Positions 40,273 through 50,491 of a stretch of 64,000 nt of DNA are shown here, piece after piece; positions within the stretch are counted from its first letter, which is position 1, and each line of letters opens with the position of its first letter. The stretch lies in NCBI GenBank assembly GCA_963664435.2, contig CAXXKM010000003.1:256001-320000 (forward strand), read 5' to 3'. Position numbers and translations under genes: made by a program. Under the pieces are notes generated by a model, which was not told the DNA's origin, made no database searches, and saw only the letters and a list, made by a program, of their open reading frames with translations. The stretch is from Longimicrobiales bacterium. Lineage in GTDB: Bacteria; Gemmatimonadota; Gemmatimonadetes; Longimicrobiales; Gaopeijiaceae.

Positions 40273-41739
40273 CTAGCCCAATCGCGCCGCCTCCAGTTCG
40301 AGCCTTCGCCACGCGCGTTCCACATGTTCGTGCCGGGTACGCAGGTTGCCCACGGACAGGCGGAGGACGTAGCGCCCCTCCAGGACCGTATGCGACAGGA
40401 ACACTTCCCCGGAGGCGTTGACCGCGTCGAGGATGCGTTCGTTGGCCAGGTCGGTCCGGTCGGGTCCCAGCCCCGGATCCCGGTAGCGAAAGACGACCAG
40501 CCCCAGCAACGTCGAAGCCATCAGTTGCCACCGGTCCGAGGACTGTACCCACCCGGCGAATCGGCGCGCGAGGCGACAATGTTCGCGAAGCCGTTCCGCA
40601 AGCCCCCGGCCGCCGAAGTAGCGCAGCACGAACCAGAGTTTGAGGGCGCGGAAGCTGCGGCCGAGCGCCACGCCATAGTTCATCAGGTCACGCGCCTCAT
40701 CCGCTTCGCGGGTGCGCAGGTATGGCGGGACCAGGGAAAACGCGTCGGCGAGGGCCTCGGGACGGCGGCAATAGAGAAGCGCGCAGTCCATCGGCGTGAA
40801 GAGCCATTTGTGCGCATTGAGCACGATGGAGTCGGCCCGCTCCCACCCGGCCAGCAGCGGGCGCAGCTCCCGAACGATACCGGCCACGCCCGCGTAGGCG
40901 GCGTCGACGTGCATCCAGATCCCGTGCTCCCGGCAAATGTCGGCGATCTCCGGCAGCGGATCGATGCTCGCGATGGACGTTGTGCCGGCGACGGCCACCA
41001 CCGCCACCGGACGCACCCCGGCGGCCAGGTCTTCCTCGATCGCGGCGCGCAGGGCTTTCGGCTTCATCCGGTAGCTGCCGTCGGCGGGAAGGTGGCGCAC
41101 GCCCCGTCGGCCCAGACCGAGAGTGACGACGGCCTTGTCGATGGAGGAGTGGACGTGCTCCGAGGCGTAGATCCTGCCCGCCGGCAGTGAATGAAGACCG
41201 TCCTCGCCTGCTTCCGGAAACGCCCGGGCGCGGGCGGCCGCGAGAGCGTACAGGGTGTTGTGCGAAGCCGTGTCGTTGATGAATCCGGCGAAGTCCCCGG
41301 GAAGGCCGAGGAGCTGCCTGAGCCAGTCCGCCGTCACGCCTTCCACCTCGGTTGCGGCGGGAGACGTCTTCCAGATCATGGCGTTCGCGTTGACTGCCGT
41401 GGCCAGCAGGTCGCCGAGAATGGCCGGAGAGGAAGCCGTGTTGGCGAAGTACGCCAGGAAGCCCGGATGATTCCAGTGCGTGAGGCCCGGAACCACCTGT
41501 TCCTCGAAGTCGCGCAGGATTTGCTCGAAGGCCTCGCCCTCCCAGGGTGGCGACGGTGCCAGGGAGGCGCGCACTTCGCCGGGGCGCACCTGGGCCAGAA
41601 CCGGGTATCGTCCGTCCGAGCCGAGATACTCCGAGATCCATTCGAGGATGTGCCGGCCGTGGACCAGGAATTCCTCGGGAGGCATGTCTCCCGGACCCGA
41701 AACAGGCGGGACCGGGGGGCCGGCGTCGGATGGTCGCAT
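40273..41739 (-). CDS. PLP-dependent aromatic L-amino-acid decarboxylase (group II)
   Basis: PGLTHWNHPGFLAYF, SPAATEVE, HSSIDKA, HVDAAYAG, NAHKW (PLP Lys) and RSFRALKLWFV. Confidence 0.92.
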   Translation of the reverse strand: MRPSDAGPPVPPVSGPGDMPPEEFLVHGRHILEWISEYLGSDGRYPVLAQVRPGEVRASLAPSPPWEGEAFEQILRDFEEQVVPGLTHWNHPGFLAYFANTASSPAILGDLLATAVNANAMIWKTSPAATEVEGVTADWLRQLLGLPGDFAGFINDTASHNTLYALAAARARAFPEAGEDGLHSLPAGRIYASEHVHSSIDKAVVTLGLGRRGVRHLPADGSYRMKPKALRAAIEEDLAAGVRPVAVVAVAGTTSIASIDPLPEIADICREHGIWMHVDAAYAGVAGIVRELRPLLAGWERADSIVLNAHKWLFTPMDCALLYCRRPEALADAFSLVPPYLRTREADEARDLMNYGVALGRSFRALKLWFVLRYFGGRGLAERLREHCRLARRFAGWVQSSDRWQLMASTLLGLVVFRYRDPGLGPDRTDLANERILDAVNASGEVFLSHTVLEGRYVLRLSVGNLRTRHEHVERAWRRLELEAARLG

Positions 41740-41744
41740 GAGTT

Positions 41745-42281
41745 TCAGCCGCGGTCGCTTCCCACGATGTCGCGGAATTCGCTCCGGATGGCGTGGAGCC
41801 GCTCCGCGACCCGGGTGAGCAGTTCCTCGGTCACCGATTCCGGAACCCCCGGACCGGCCACCAGCGCGGAAACCAGGCTGTCGGTGTAGCCGATGGACGC
41901 ATGCGTGACGCCCTGGTCCACAAGCCGGTTCAGGCGCAGGACTTCGCGCATCCCCGGCACGACGTCCGGCGGCATGAGCGGCTCAGCGTAGAGGACGCGG
42001 ATGAGCGACACCCGAAGAACCTGAAACTCCTCGATTACCTCACCCGCCACCAACCCGCGCTCGGCCGCGAGTTGGCCGTACAGGTTCGCCGCTTCCTGCC
42101 ATACGGGCCGCACGCGGCGCCGGTACGGGCCCAGGATTTCGGGCAGGATTCCGACGAAGGTCTCGTAGAAGTCTCCGAGCAGCTCGACCAGCTGTCGCGG
42201 CCGCCGTTCAAGCCGCTTGGTGACCTCGGAAAGCCAGCGGGCGACGATTTTTTCGCTCCTGGCCACCACCCAGGCCTGCAT
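41745..42281 (-). CDS. hypothetical all-helical protein (RsbRD N-terminal-like)
   Basis: Fills the gap between the kinase and decarboxylase genes; IVARWL...YGQLAAERGL...VIEEFQVLR pattern. Start uncertain. Confidence 0.6.
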   Translation of the reverse strand: MQAWVVARSEKIVARWLSEVTKRLERRPRQLVELLGDFYETFVGILPEILGPYRRRVRPVWQEAANLYGQLAAERGLVAGEVIEEFQVLRVSLIRVLYAEPLMPPDVVPGMREVLRLNRLVDQGVTHASIGYTDSLVSALVAGPGVPESVTEELLTRVAERLHAIRSEFRDIVGSDRG

Positions 42282-42445
42282 TTCGCCGGGATCCAGCTGC
42301 GCGAGTGGGGGTCCGGTCCCCAGGGATTGCTCGGGGGAGCGGAATATGTCGGTGGCGGAATCTCGGATGGGGATGATGTGTCGGGGATCGGGGTGATGTG
42401 CGGGCGGTGGTCGCGAACCCGGCCGACTCCGGGCCGGTCCGCACT

Positions 42446-45400
42446 TTAATCTTGCGGGTTGGGCACGGCTCGTCCAGTGCCGGCGGCGGAGACCAGCGTG
42501 CCCGGAGCCGGCTCCCAGGCGACGAAGCGAATGGACATCGTCGTGCCGACCCCGGGGGTGCTTTCCGCCCATACCCGGCCGCCCCACGAACGCACCAGCC
42601 GCTGCACGATCGCGAGGCCGAGACCCGTGCCGGTGGAGCTGGTGGAAAACCTCGGTTCGAAAATGCGCCCCAACAACTCCGGTTCGATGCCGCGGCCGTC
42701 GTCGCTCACCTGAAGGCACACGCTGCGGTCACCGGCAGAGGCTCCGATGTGGACGCGGCCGCTGGGCTTGACGGCTTCTCTCGCGTTCTCGAGGAGGTTG
42801 ATCAGGACCTCCTTGAACTCGGATTCCCGGGCACGGACCGGGACAAGGCCGGGAGGGAAATCGGTGTGGATGACGATCCCCTGCTCGTTGCTCTGGTAGA
42901 GCGCGAGGATCTCCTCCACGGCCGCGTCCAGGCGCACGCCTTCCAGGGGGAGTTCGCTCGCCTTCCTCGGAGAGCCGTACCGCGAGAAGCTGCGGGCGAT
43001 CTCGGCGAGCCGATCGATCTCGCGAAGGATCGACTCCACATTGCGTTCCAGGATCGCCGAGAAGTCGCGCCGCCGGTCCTGCCAGGCTCGACGGACATGC
43101 TCGATGCTGAGCTTGATCGGCGTCAGCGGATTCTTGACTTCGTGGGCCACCTGGCGCGCCATCTGCCCCCACGCCACGATGCGCTCGCTGCGCAACTCGT
43201 CGGTCACGTCCTCCAGGCTGAGCACGACGCCTCGCGAGGGTCCGTCGCGCGTAATGCGCCGTGCCCGCACCCGCACCCTGCGCGAAGAGTCCCGGGAACC
43301 GGGGGCGGTGGAGACAAGTCCGGGCCCGGACAACTCGAATTCGTGGTCGGCCCCCTCGCCCCCGTCGCGATAGAAGCGCTCCACCCAGCGCGACAGATCG
43401 CGCGCAAGTCCCGGGGTGGCCGGCAGCGGCTCTCCCGGCCCCACCGAGGCTCCCAGCAGCGCCTGGGCCTGCGGGTTGACCAGGGTGACCGCCCCGGCCT
43501 GGTCCAGCGCGATCACCCCGGTTGCCGCTTCGTCGACGATGGCCTGCGTGCGCTGGGTGGTGCGCACCAGGGCGCTGCGGGCCCGATGCAGCCTCTGTAC
43601 CATTCGGTTGAACGCCAGGAACACGGTGCCGAATTCATCGGTCCGCGTCTCCGGCAACCGCACCTCGAGGTTCCCCTCCCCCACTCGCTCCGACGCCAGG
43701 CGGAGGGTGCGGATCGGGTTGGCCAGCCGGCGGCCCACCAGGAGTGCGAGACCCAGCGAGAGCGCGATCCCGGTGACGACCGCGAACGCCAGCAGAAGGA
43801 TCAGATCGTTCTGTTGGAAAGCCGTCGCGCCGGCATCAAGCGGGGCCGCCGAGGCCAGCACCTGTCCGGTCTGAAGTCGTCGATATGCCAGGGCGTATTC
43901 GCCACCCCAGCGGCGCGCGGTCGCGTGCACAAGCACCGCCTCGCCATCCGCAAGCGAACGATGAACCTGAGCGGGCAGCCACGAGTACTGCACACCCAGC
44001 TCGAGGAACGCAGGCCGGGAACTCCGGATCAGTTCTCCGTCCTGATAGAGAAGGAGGACCGTGCCGGTACTGGTCGGCAGCAGTCCGACCTGGCCCTGTA
44101 CCGCGAGAAAACTCTCGGCGGCGTCCGCCACTGCGCGGTCGGCCAGCGCCTCGGCCGTTCGAACCACGGCCCTGTCGAGCGTGCGAGAGGCGATGGCGGC
44201 GAACGCGAAGGCGGGGATGAGGAAGAACAGGAACAGGGCGAAGGTGACCTGCACCCGAAAGCTGCGTCCGGCCCCGGGTCCCAGGCGAATCGGCGGGCGC
44301 AGGCGCCCGCGGCTGCTCCACCAGCCGATGCTCCACAGACCGGCCACGATCAGCAGATCGAGCAGCAGGACGAGCACGGTTCCCGCCACCAGCACCGCCG
44401 TGCCGGGGAGTTCCACCTCGTAGTGGGCGTTATACCACCCCTCGGGGAACAGGATGGTCTGTTCGCCACGCCATCCCTCCGTAGTGCGCTCCCACAGCGG
44501 AGCCCCTTCCGCCGGAACCGGGTCGTCCGCGTTGAGCGGCATGAGCGTCACGGTTCCGGCGTCCGCCTGCTCGCTCCCGAACGGCACGTCCGGTGAGAGA
44601 GACGTGCCGAACCCTCGCCGCGGGGGGACCGCAACCGTGATGATCGATCGGTCCGGCAGCACCGCCAGGCCCAGGTAGTGCACGTCTTCCGACTGGAGTT
44701 GCAGGACGGTGGCGCCCAGCGCGGCTTCGTCCAGATAGTCGTCCACAATCGAGGGTCGGGGACCCGAGACGCCCATGCGCAGCGCGTCGCTGGGCAGCCC
44801 ACCGGGGGTCCAGCGGTCTATCCAGACGGCGACGCCCTCCTGGGCGAGACCGCTCGCCCGCCAGGTGCCGTACAGAAGCCCGGTTCCGCGGGCTCCGCTC
44901 TGGTGGAGTGAATCGGTTTTCTCGGACAAACCCTCGAGCAGAAACTGCAGATAGGGATCCACCTGGTTTCCGAGGGTGGAAAGGCGCTCCTCGGCAACCT
45001 CCAGCTGCGACGCGACGCGCCCGCCCCAGGTGAACGGCAGGGCTGCGCTCGCGGCAAGCACGATGGCGGCCGCCGCCGACGTGACCGAGCCACGCCAGGT
45101 AGTGGCGGGCTGAAGGCCCAGTCCGATCAAGGCTACCGGGAGCGCCCACAGAGCACCCGCCCACGCGGGGGTGGGTGGTGAACCAAGGGACACGACGTTC
45201 ACCAGCAGCCCAAGCACCAGCGCCAGGAGCAGGCCGGCTGCGACCAGGAATGGTCGCGCCGACGCCGGCGATGGCCGGGTGGCGAGTCGAAGCGCCAGAG
45301 CGGCCACGATGACCAGCACGGAAGTCAGGGCGCACTGGTATAACACCCAGTAGTCCGCGCTTCCCCCCAGCTGCGATGTCGTTGGCGCCAGCGAGAACCA

Positions 45401-46672
45401 GTGGACCACCGCGGCGAAACCGATTCCGGCCAGGGCCGCGGCGGCCAGGGGGGCGCTGCGCCCGCGGGCGCTCCGGGGCAGCAGTCCCGCGATGAACGCC
45501 CCCGCCAGCCCGAGTGCCAGCACGCGCCCGAGCGTTCCCTCCGTCGTTCCGGGAAGGAGGAAGCCGGCTGGCGAGAAAAGACCGGAAACACCCAGCAGAT
45601 CTCCGAATGGAAGCACTGTCGCCAGCAGGGCCAGGGTCGCGGCGGCCAGGATCGCGTGATGTGGCGTGCCCCGCAGGCCGATGAGCAGCAGCAACCAGGC
45701 CGTCACCGCGAGACCGGCGACCACGCGGCTCCATGCCCTCCGAACCGACTCGAAGGCTTCTCCCTGCGTCAGCTCCTCGGAGGAGATGGAAAAAAGCGTC
45801 CTTCCCTGCCAGTTGAAGTCGCGAATGGCAGGACCGGTCGCCTGTTCGGAGTGCGTTATTCGGATCGCCCTTCCGACATCGGACTGGAAGCGGGTGGCAA
45901 AGGCGGACTCCTCATCCGGGACGTCCGGAGGCATGTCGCTCTGCAGCAGCGCGGCGGCCACCACGGTCGCGCCGCTCGCGCCGATGCGTTCGGTAAAATA
46001 CAGGTACGTGTACACGGGGCCTTGCCCGTAGACGTACCGGTCCCAGCCCGAACGGGCGTCGAGGGGCACAACCCCCTGGTGGTTGCCCGCCCAGGCCAGG
46101 AGGTCGGTTCGCGCGTCGAATACGGCCACCGCCTGTACATCGGCTTCGCGGCGCACTTCTTCCAGGAACGTCCAGTATCCGGCGGTCTCTCCATCGAATT
46201 CCCGGGAGGCGACGCGAGCGACCGCTCCTGTCCCGCGATCGATCAAGGCCTCGAAGCGCTCGTCCAGGGCCGCTTCCAGCCGGGCCTCTCTTCCGTTGCG
46301 GAAACGGTCCCAGTCGCCCGCGACCTGGCCGAACCGCGCAGAGCCGAGAAGCCCGCTCGCCATCCCCGCCAGAAGGGCGAGGGCGGCGGCGAGCACCCAG
46401 CGATGGCGGTCCGAACCGCGGGAGAGCGTGTGGAGCGCGCCGAGAGCACCCGCCAGAGCACTCGCCAGCAGCCAGGCGGGAGCGGACCAGCGCGTCCATA
46501 CCGCCAGCGCCGCCACGCTGAGCCACAGCACCACGGAAGCGGCGTGCTCGCGTGTGAGGCCGGATCGGGAAGCCCGCGCGAGCTCCGCGGTTCTGCGGAT
46601 CGGTGACTTCCGGGAATCGGCTCGCAGGATCCGTCCCTTTGCTGGGGTGTAGTGCGATGTCGTTTCGATCAC
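42446..46672 (-). CDS. very large multi-TM NtrY-like sensor histidine kinase (HAMP-PAS-HisKA-HATPase)
   Basis: Many TM segments; HAMP (TDEFGTVFLAFNRM); PAS-like region; WGQMARQVAHEVKNPLTPIKLS, NLLENA, DDGRGI and GTGLGL. True start may be up to ~140 nt further downstream. Confidence 0.9.
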   Translation of the reverse strand: MIETTSHYTPAKGRILRADSRKSPIRRTAELARASRSGLTREHAASVVLWLSVAALAVWTRWSAPAWLLASALAGALGALHTLSRGSDRHRWVLAAALALLAGMASGLLGSARFGQVAGDWDRFRNGREARLEAALDERFEALIDRGTGAVARVASREFDGETAGYWTFLEEVRREADVQAVAVFDARTDLLAWAGNHQGVVPLDARSGWDRYVYGQGPVYTYLYFTERIGASGATVVAAALLQSDMPPDVPDEESAFATRFQSDVGRAIRITHSEQATGPAIRDFNWQGRTLFSISSEELTQGEAFESVRRAWSRVVAGLAVTAWLLLLIGLRGTPHHAILAAATLALLATVLPFGDLLGVSGLFSPAGFLLPGTTEGTLGRVLALGLAGAFIAGLLPRSARGRSAPLAAAALAGIGFAAVVHWFSLAPTTSQLGGSADYWVLYQCALTSVLVIVAALALRLATRPSPASARPFLVAAGLLLALVLGLLVNVVSLGSPPTPAWAGALWALPVALIGLGLQPATTWRGSVTSAAAAIVLAASAALPFTWGGRVASQLEVAEERLSTLGNQVDPYLQFLLEGLSEKTDSLHQSGARGTGLLYGTWRASGLAQEGVAVWIDRWTPGGLPSDALRMGVSGPRPSIVDDYLDEAALGATVLQLQSEDVHYLGLAVLPDRSIITVAVPPRRGFGTSLSPDVPFGSEQADAGTVTLMPLNADDPVPAEGAPLWERTTEGWRGEQTILFPEGWYNAHYEVELPGTAVLVAGTVLVLLLDLLIVAGLWSIGWWSSRGRLRPPIRLGPGAGRSFRVQVTFALFLFFLIPAFAFAAIASRTLDRAVVRTAEALADRAVADAAESFLAVQGQVGLLPTSTGTVLLLYQDGELIRSSRPAFLELGVQYSWLPAQVHRSLADGEAVLVHATARRWGGEYALAYRRLQTGQVLASAAPLDAGATAFQQNDLILLLAFAVVTGIALSLGLALLVGRRLANPIRTLRLASERVGEGNLEVRLPETRTDEFGTVFLAFNRMVQRLHRARSALVRTTQRTQAIVDEAATGVIALDQAGAVTLVNPQAQALLGASVGPGEPLPATPGLARDLSRWVERFYRDGGEGADHEFELSGPGLVSTAPGSRDSSRRVRVRARRITRDGPSRGVVLSLEDVTDELRSERIVAWGQMARQVAHEVKNPLTPIKLSIEHVRRAWQDRRRDFSAILERNVESILREIDRLAEIARSFSRYGSPRKASELPLEGVRLDAAVEEILALYQSNEQGIVIHTDFPPGLVPVRARESEFKEVLINLLENAREAVKPSGRVHIGASAGDRSVCLQVSDDGRGIEPELLGRIFEPRFSTSSTGTGLGLAIVQRLVRSWGGRVWAESTPGVGTTMSIRFVAWEPAPGTLVSAAGTGRAVPNPQD

Positions 46673-46692
46673 TCGCGAACGAGGTTTCGCCC

Positions 46693-47400
46693 GTGCGGCG
46701 TATTCTCTTCCCTGTACTTCTCTTCACCCTTGGCGGATCCCTTCCGGTGCACCGCGCTGGCGCCCAGGTGACCATCCTGGACCGGGGCGAATTCGAGGTT
46801 GCCGTCAACGGACAGGTCGTAGGACGCGAGACCTTCTCGATCCGTCAGGTGGGGACCGGGGACGAGACCCGCGTCATCGCCGCCGGACAGATTCGCACCA
46901 TGCTGCCCGGCGGTCCGAGCACGATGGACATTCTGATGGAGCTGACGGGCGCCGGGTGGATGCCGTCCGCCTATCAGAACAAGGTCGGGGGCGAGGGAGC
47001 GCAACAGATCGGCTTCGAACTGCGCGGCACCCGGTTCGAGTCGCGCGTGACATCCGATGCCGGGGAGCAGGTGAAGGAGTACCGGGCCCCGCCGGGCACC
47101 AGGATCCTCGAGCGAGGTGTCGCGCATCACTTTCACTTTCTGGCGCCCGGAACCGCCCCCGGTCGCTCGCGGGTGCCGGTCATCGTTCCGCGCGACGGAC
47201 TTCAGACGGAGGCGGAGTTGACCCTGGCCGGAACCGGGGAAGTGCGCATCGGTACGGAGACGATAACGGCACGACACTACCGGATACGTGCCGGAGCCAT
47301 GCTCTGGGAGGCATGGCATGACGCGGCGGGCAGGGTCCTGCGGGTTCTCGAGAACTCCACGGGATCGTCCGCCACCCGCGTCGCCCGCCCCGGGCCGTGA
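46693..47400 (+). CDS. secreted beta-rich hypothetical protein
   Basis: GAGG RBS and GTG at 46693; signal peptide RRILFPVLLFTLGGSLPVHRAGA; beta-rich mature part. Confidence 0.65.
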   Translation: MRRILFPVLLFTLGGSLPVHRAGAQVTILDRGEFEVAVNGQVVGRETFSIRQVGTGDETRVIAAGQIRTMLPGGPSTMDILMELTGAGWMPSAYQNKVGGEGAQQIGFELRGTRFESRVTSDAGEQVKEYRAPPGTRILERGVAHHFHFLAPGTAPGRSRVPVIVPRDGLQTEAELTLAGTGEVRIGTETITARHYRIRAGAMLWEAWHDAAGRVLRVLENSTGSSATRVARPGP

Positions 47401-47551
47401 GACATCCGTCCCCGGCCGGCCTCGCGGCACCGGTGGGTGTTCCGGCTCCTGCAACCATCGATGGCGACGATGAAACCCCTCCGCGGAGGGGCTCGTATGT
47501 CCCGCGGCCGCGTCAGGCCGAGGATCGACAGTCACCCAGGGGAGACCATCC

Positions 47552-49051
47552 GTGTTCAGAATGATCCCAGCCGCAATGTGCGCCCTGACGCTTCTCATGT
47601 GTTCCGGGAAGTCCCTGCAGGCCCAGGAAGTGCCTTCCCGCCTCACACTCGACGAAGCGATCCGCATAGCCCGGCTCGACAACCCCTCGTTCCAGTCCGT
47701 TCGCAACGACTCGCGCGTCGCCGACTGGGCGGTTCGTTCCGCCTACGGCGACCTGCTGCCGTTCGCCAATCTGAGCTCGAGCCTTTCCTGGCAGGGAAGA
47801 GGTGAACAGCAGTTCGGCAGCCTTACGACGAGCCAGCTGGGGTTCGGCGACGAGCCTTCGTACTATTTCTCCAGCTACAACGCGGGGCTCAGCTACTCCA
47901 TCGCCGCCGAGTCGCTGTTTCGGCCGGGGCGCGAAAAGGCGGCCCGCAACGCAACGGTCGCGCTCATCGACCAGGCCGAGGCCAACCTCGTCCGCGACGT
48001 GACCATTCGCTACCTCGACGTCCTGCGCCAGCAGGAGGGACTGTTGCTCGCCCAGCAGGAACTGGAGCGCGCCCGCTTCAACCTGCGGCTGGCCGAGGGG
48101 CAGCTGGAGGTGGGAACCGCGACCCCGCGCGACGTGCGCCAGGCGGAGGTCTCGGTCGGCCGCGCCGAGGTAACCCTGCTGCAGGCCGAATTCGCGGTGA
48201 GCAACGCGCGCATCGCGCTGCTGGTCGTGCTCGGAGCGGAGGTGCCGCAGGAATTCACCGTCGTGAGCGCGTTCGAGGTCCGCGAGCCGGTGTGGTCCGA
48301 GGAGGAGCTGGTGGCGATGGCGCTCGAACGCAATCCAGGGCTCATCGCCGAGCGGGCCAACGAGGCCGTTGCCTCGAGCGACGTGAAGATGGCGCAATCC
48401 TCCTACTACCCGTCCCTGTCGCTCAGCGCGGGTCTGAGCGGGTTCACGCGCGAAGCGTCCAGCGTCGAATCGCTGATCAGCCAGTCCCGGGCCCGGGTCA
48501 CGGGTCAACGCCAGCAGTGTCACCTGTTGAATGAGGTGTACGGGCGCCTGGTCGATCCTCTTCCCATGCAGGACTGCAACGCGTTCGTCTTTACGCCCGA
48601 TCAGGCAGAGGCCATCGCCGCGCAGAACAGCGCGTTCCCATTCGACTTCACCCGCCAGCCGCCCAGGGCTTCCCTGACGGTGAGCGTTCCCGTATTCCAG
48701 GGCTTCAGCCGGCAGCTGCAGGTCGAGAGCGCGCGTGCCGCGCGGGAAGACGCCCGCCATCGCCGCCGGGGCGCGGAACTGGATCTGCGGGCGCTGATCG
48801 CCTCCGGTCTGGCGGCTGTGCGGACGGCGCATGAGACCGAGCTCATCGAGCAGCGCAACCAGGCCGTGGCGGCCGAGCAGCTCCGCCTGGCCACCGAGCA
48901 GTATCGCGTCGGTTCCGCGAGCTTTCTGGACCTCGTCGAGGCGGAAACGGTCATGGCCCAGGCCGACCGCGAACGCGTCGCCGCCATATATTCCTACCAT
49001 GATCTGCTCGCCGATCTCGAAGCACTGGTGGGCGCGAGGCTGCGGCCTTGA
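47552..49051 (+). CDS. TolC-family outer-membrane efflux protein
   Basis: Signal peptide; LTLDEAIRIA, YYPSLSL, SVPVFQG and YRVGSASFLDL; duplicated OEP architecture. Confidence 0.92.
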   Translation: MFRMIPAAMCALTLLMCSGKSLQAQEVPSRLTLDEAIRIARLDNPSFQSVRNDSRVADWAVRSAYGDLLPFANLSSSLSWQGRGEQQFGSLTTSQLGFGDEPSYYFSSYNAGLSYSIAAESLFRPGREKAARNATVALIDQAEANLVRDVTIRYLDVLRQQEGLLLAQQELERARFNLRLAEGQLEVGTATPRDVRQAEVSVGRAEVTLLQAEFAVSNARIALLVVLGAEVPQEFTVVSAFEVREPVWSEEELVAMALERNPGLIAERANEAVASSDVKMAQSSYYPSLSLSAGLSGFTREASSVESLISQSRARVTGQRQQCHLLNEVYGRLVDPLPMQDCNAFVFTPDQAEAIAAQNSAFPFDFTRQPPRASLTVSVPVFQGFSRQLQVESARAAREDARHRRRGAELDLRALIASGLAAVRTAHETELIEQRNQAVAAEQLRLATEQYRVGSASFLDLVEAETVMAQADRERVAAIYSYHDLLADLEALVGARLRP

Positions 49052-49129
49052 CGCCTGTCGGGATGCACGGGGAGGCGGGACGGCAGGTATGCCCAGGATC
49101 CTGGACAGCATTTCTGGAACAACATCCAA

Positions 49130-50467
49130 ATGACGCTTAGAGTAAAAATCGCCATCGGCGTGCTCGTGGTAACCGTCCTCGTGGTCGCCGGAGTGCTGAC
49201 CACGCTGCAGTCCCGCAACAACGGCACCCAGGTGCGCGTCGAGGAAGTAGGCCGGCGCGACCTCGAGGCCATCGTTACGGCCAGCGGCAACATCCGCGCG
49301 CGCCGCACCGTCGACATCAGCTCCGATGTCTCCGGCCGCATCGTGGAACTCAACGTCGACGAAGGCGACGATGTCGAAGAAGGGCAAATACTTCTGCGCA
49401 TCGACCAGACCCAGTTCCAGGCCGCCGTGGCCCAGTCGCGGGCGGCGCTCTCGCAGCGGGAGGCGCAGGCGGCCCAGCAGAACGCCAGCCTGATCCAGGC
49501 GACGCGCGAGTACGACCGCATGCAGGGGCTCTGGACGCGCGACTCGACGCTCGTCAGCCGGCAGCAGGTTGACGACGCCGCGACGCAGGTCGAAGTCTCG
49601 CAGGCGCTCTTCACCGCCGCGGAGCACGGCGTGGACCAGGCGAGCGCGACGCTCACCGAAGCGGAAGATCGCCTCTCCAAAACCACCATCCGGGCTCCCA
49701 TCTCGGGCAAGGTCACCCGGCTCAACATCGAGCTCGGCGAGACCGCCATCGTGGGCACGATGAACAACCCGGGGAGCCTGCTGCTCACCGTCAGCGACCT
49801 GTCGGTGATCGAGGCGGTCATGCAGGTCGACGAAACCGACGTGCCTGACATCAGCGTCGGCGACAGCGCCGCCCTGGAGCTGGACGCGTTTCCGGACACG
49901 GAGTTCGCCGGGACCGTGACCGAGATCGGGAACTCCGCCATCCGCCCCCCGTCCAGCGCGGCGGGCACGGGCCAGACCCCCACCATCGACTTCGAGGTGG
50001 TGATCACGCTGGAGGACCCGCCGGTCGAACTGCGTCCGGACCTCTCGACCACCGCCGACATCGTCACCGAAATCCGTGACCAGGCCCTGGCGATTCCGAT
50101 CATCGCATTGACGATTCGGGATCGCTCGGGGCAGGAAGCGGACGCGAACGACTCGAACGGCGATGGGGAGCTCGGCGCCGGGGAAGCCGGAGACGGTGCG
50201 ACGGAATCGTCTTCCGCGCGCGCGGAAGACGAGGGCGATGAGGAAGAGGAAGACGAGGAAGGTGTTTTCGTGGTACGCGACGGCGAGGCGCATTTCGTTC
50301 CCGTCTCCGTGGGGATCGCGGGAGAGGAGTACTTCGAGGTGCTCTCCGGACTCTCTGAGGGCGACACGGTGGTGAGCGGCCCCTACCAGCGTATTCGCGA
50401 GCTCAACGATGGCGAGGAGGTGCGGACCGACAGCGCTTCGGTAGAGCCCGACGAGCCGGCCTCGTGA
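49130..50467 (+). CDS. MacA-like periplasmic adaptor subunit
   Basis: N-terminal TM; VTASGNI, SDVSGRIV, TIRAPISG, VDETDV and LRPDLS. Confidence 0.93.
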   Translation: MTLRVKIAIGVLVVTVLVVAGVLTTLQSRNNGTQVRVEEVGRRDLEAIVTASGNIRARRTVDISSDVSGRIVELNVDEGDDVEEGQILLRIDQTQFQAAVAQSRAALSQREAQAAQQNASLIQATREYDRMQGLWTRDSTLVSRQQVDDAATQVEVSQALFTAAEHGVDQASATLTEAEDRLSKTTIRAPISGKVTRLNIELGETAIVGTMNNPGSLLLTVSDLSVIEAVMQVDETDVPDISVGDSAALELDAFPDTEFAGTVTEIGNSAIRPPSSAAGTGQTPTIDFEVVITLEDPPVELRPDLSTTADIVTEIRDQALAIPIIALTIRDRSGQEADANDSNGDGELGAGEAGDGATESSSARAEDEGDEEEEDEEGVFVVRDGEAHFVPVSVGIAGEEYFEVLSGLSEGDTVVSGPYQRIRELNDGEEVRTDSASVEPDEPAS

Positions 50468-50491
50468 TCCGCGGACAGGCCTGAGGCGGTC

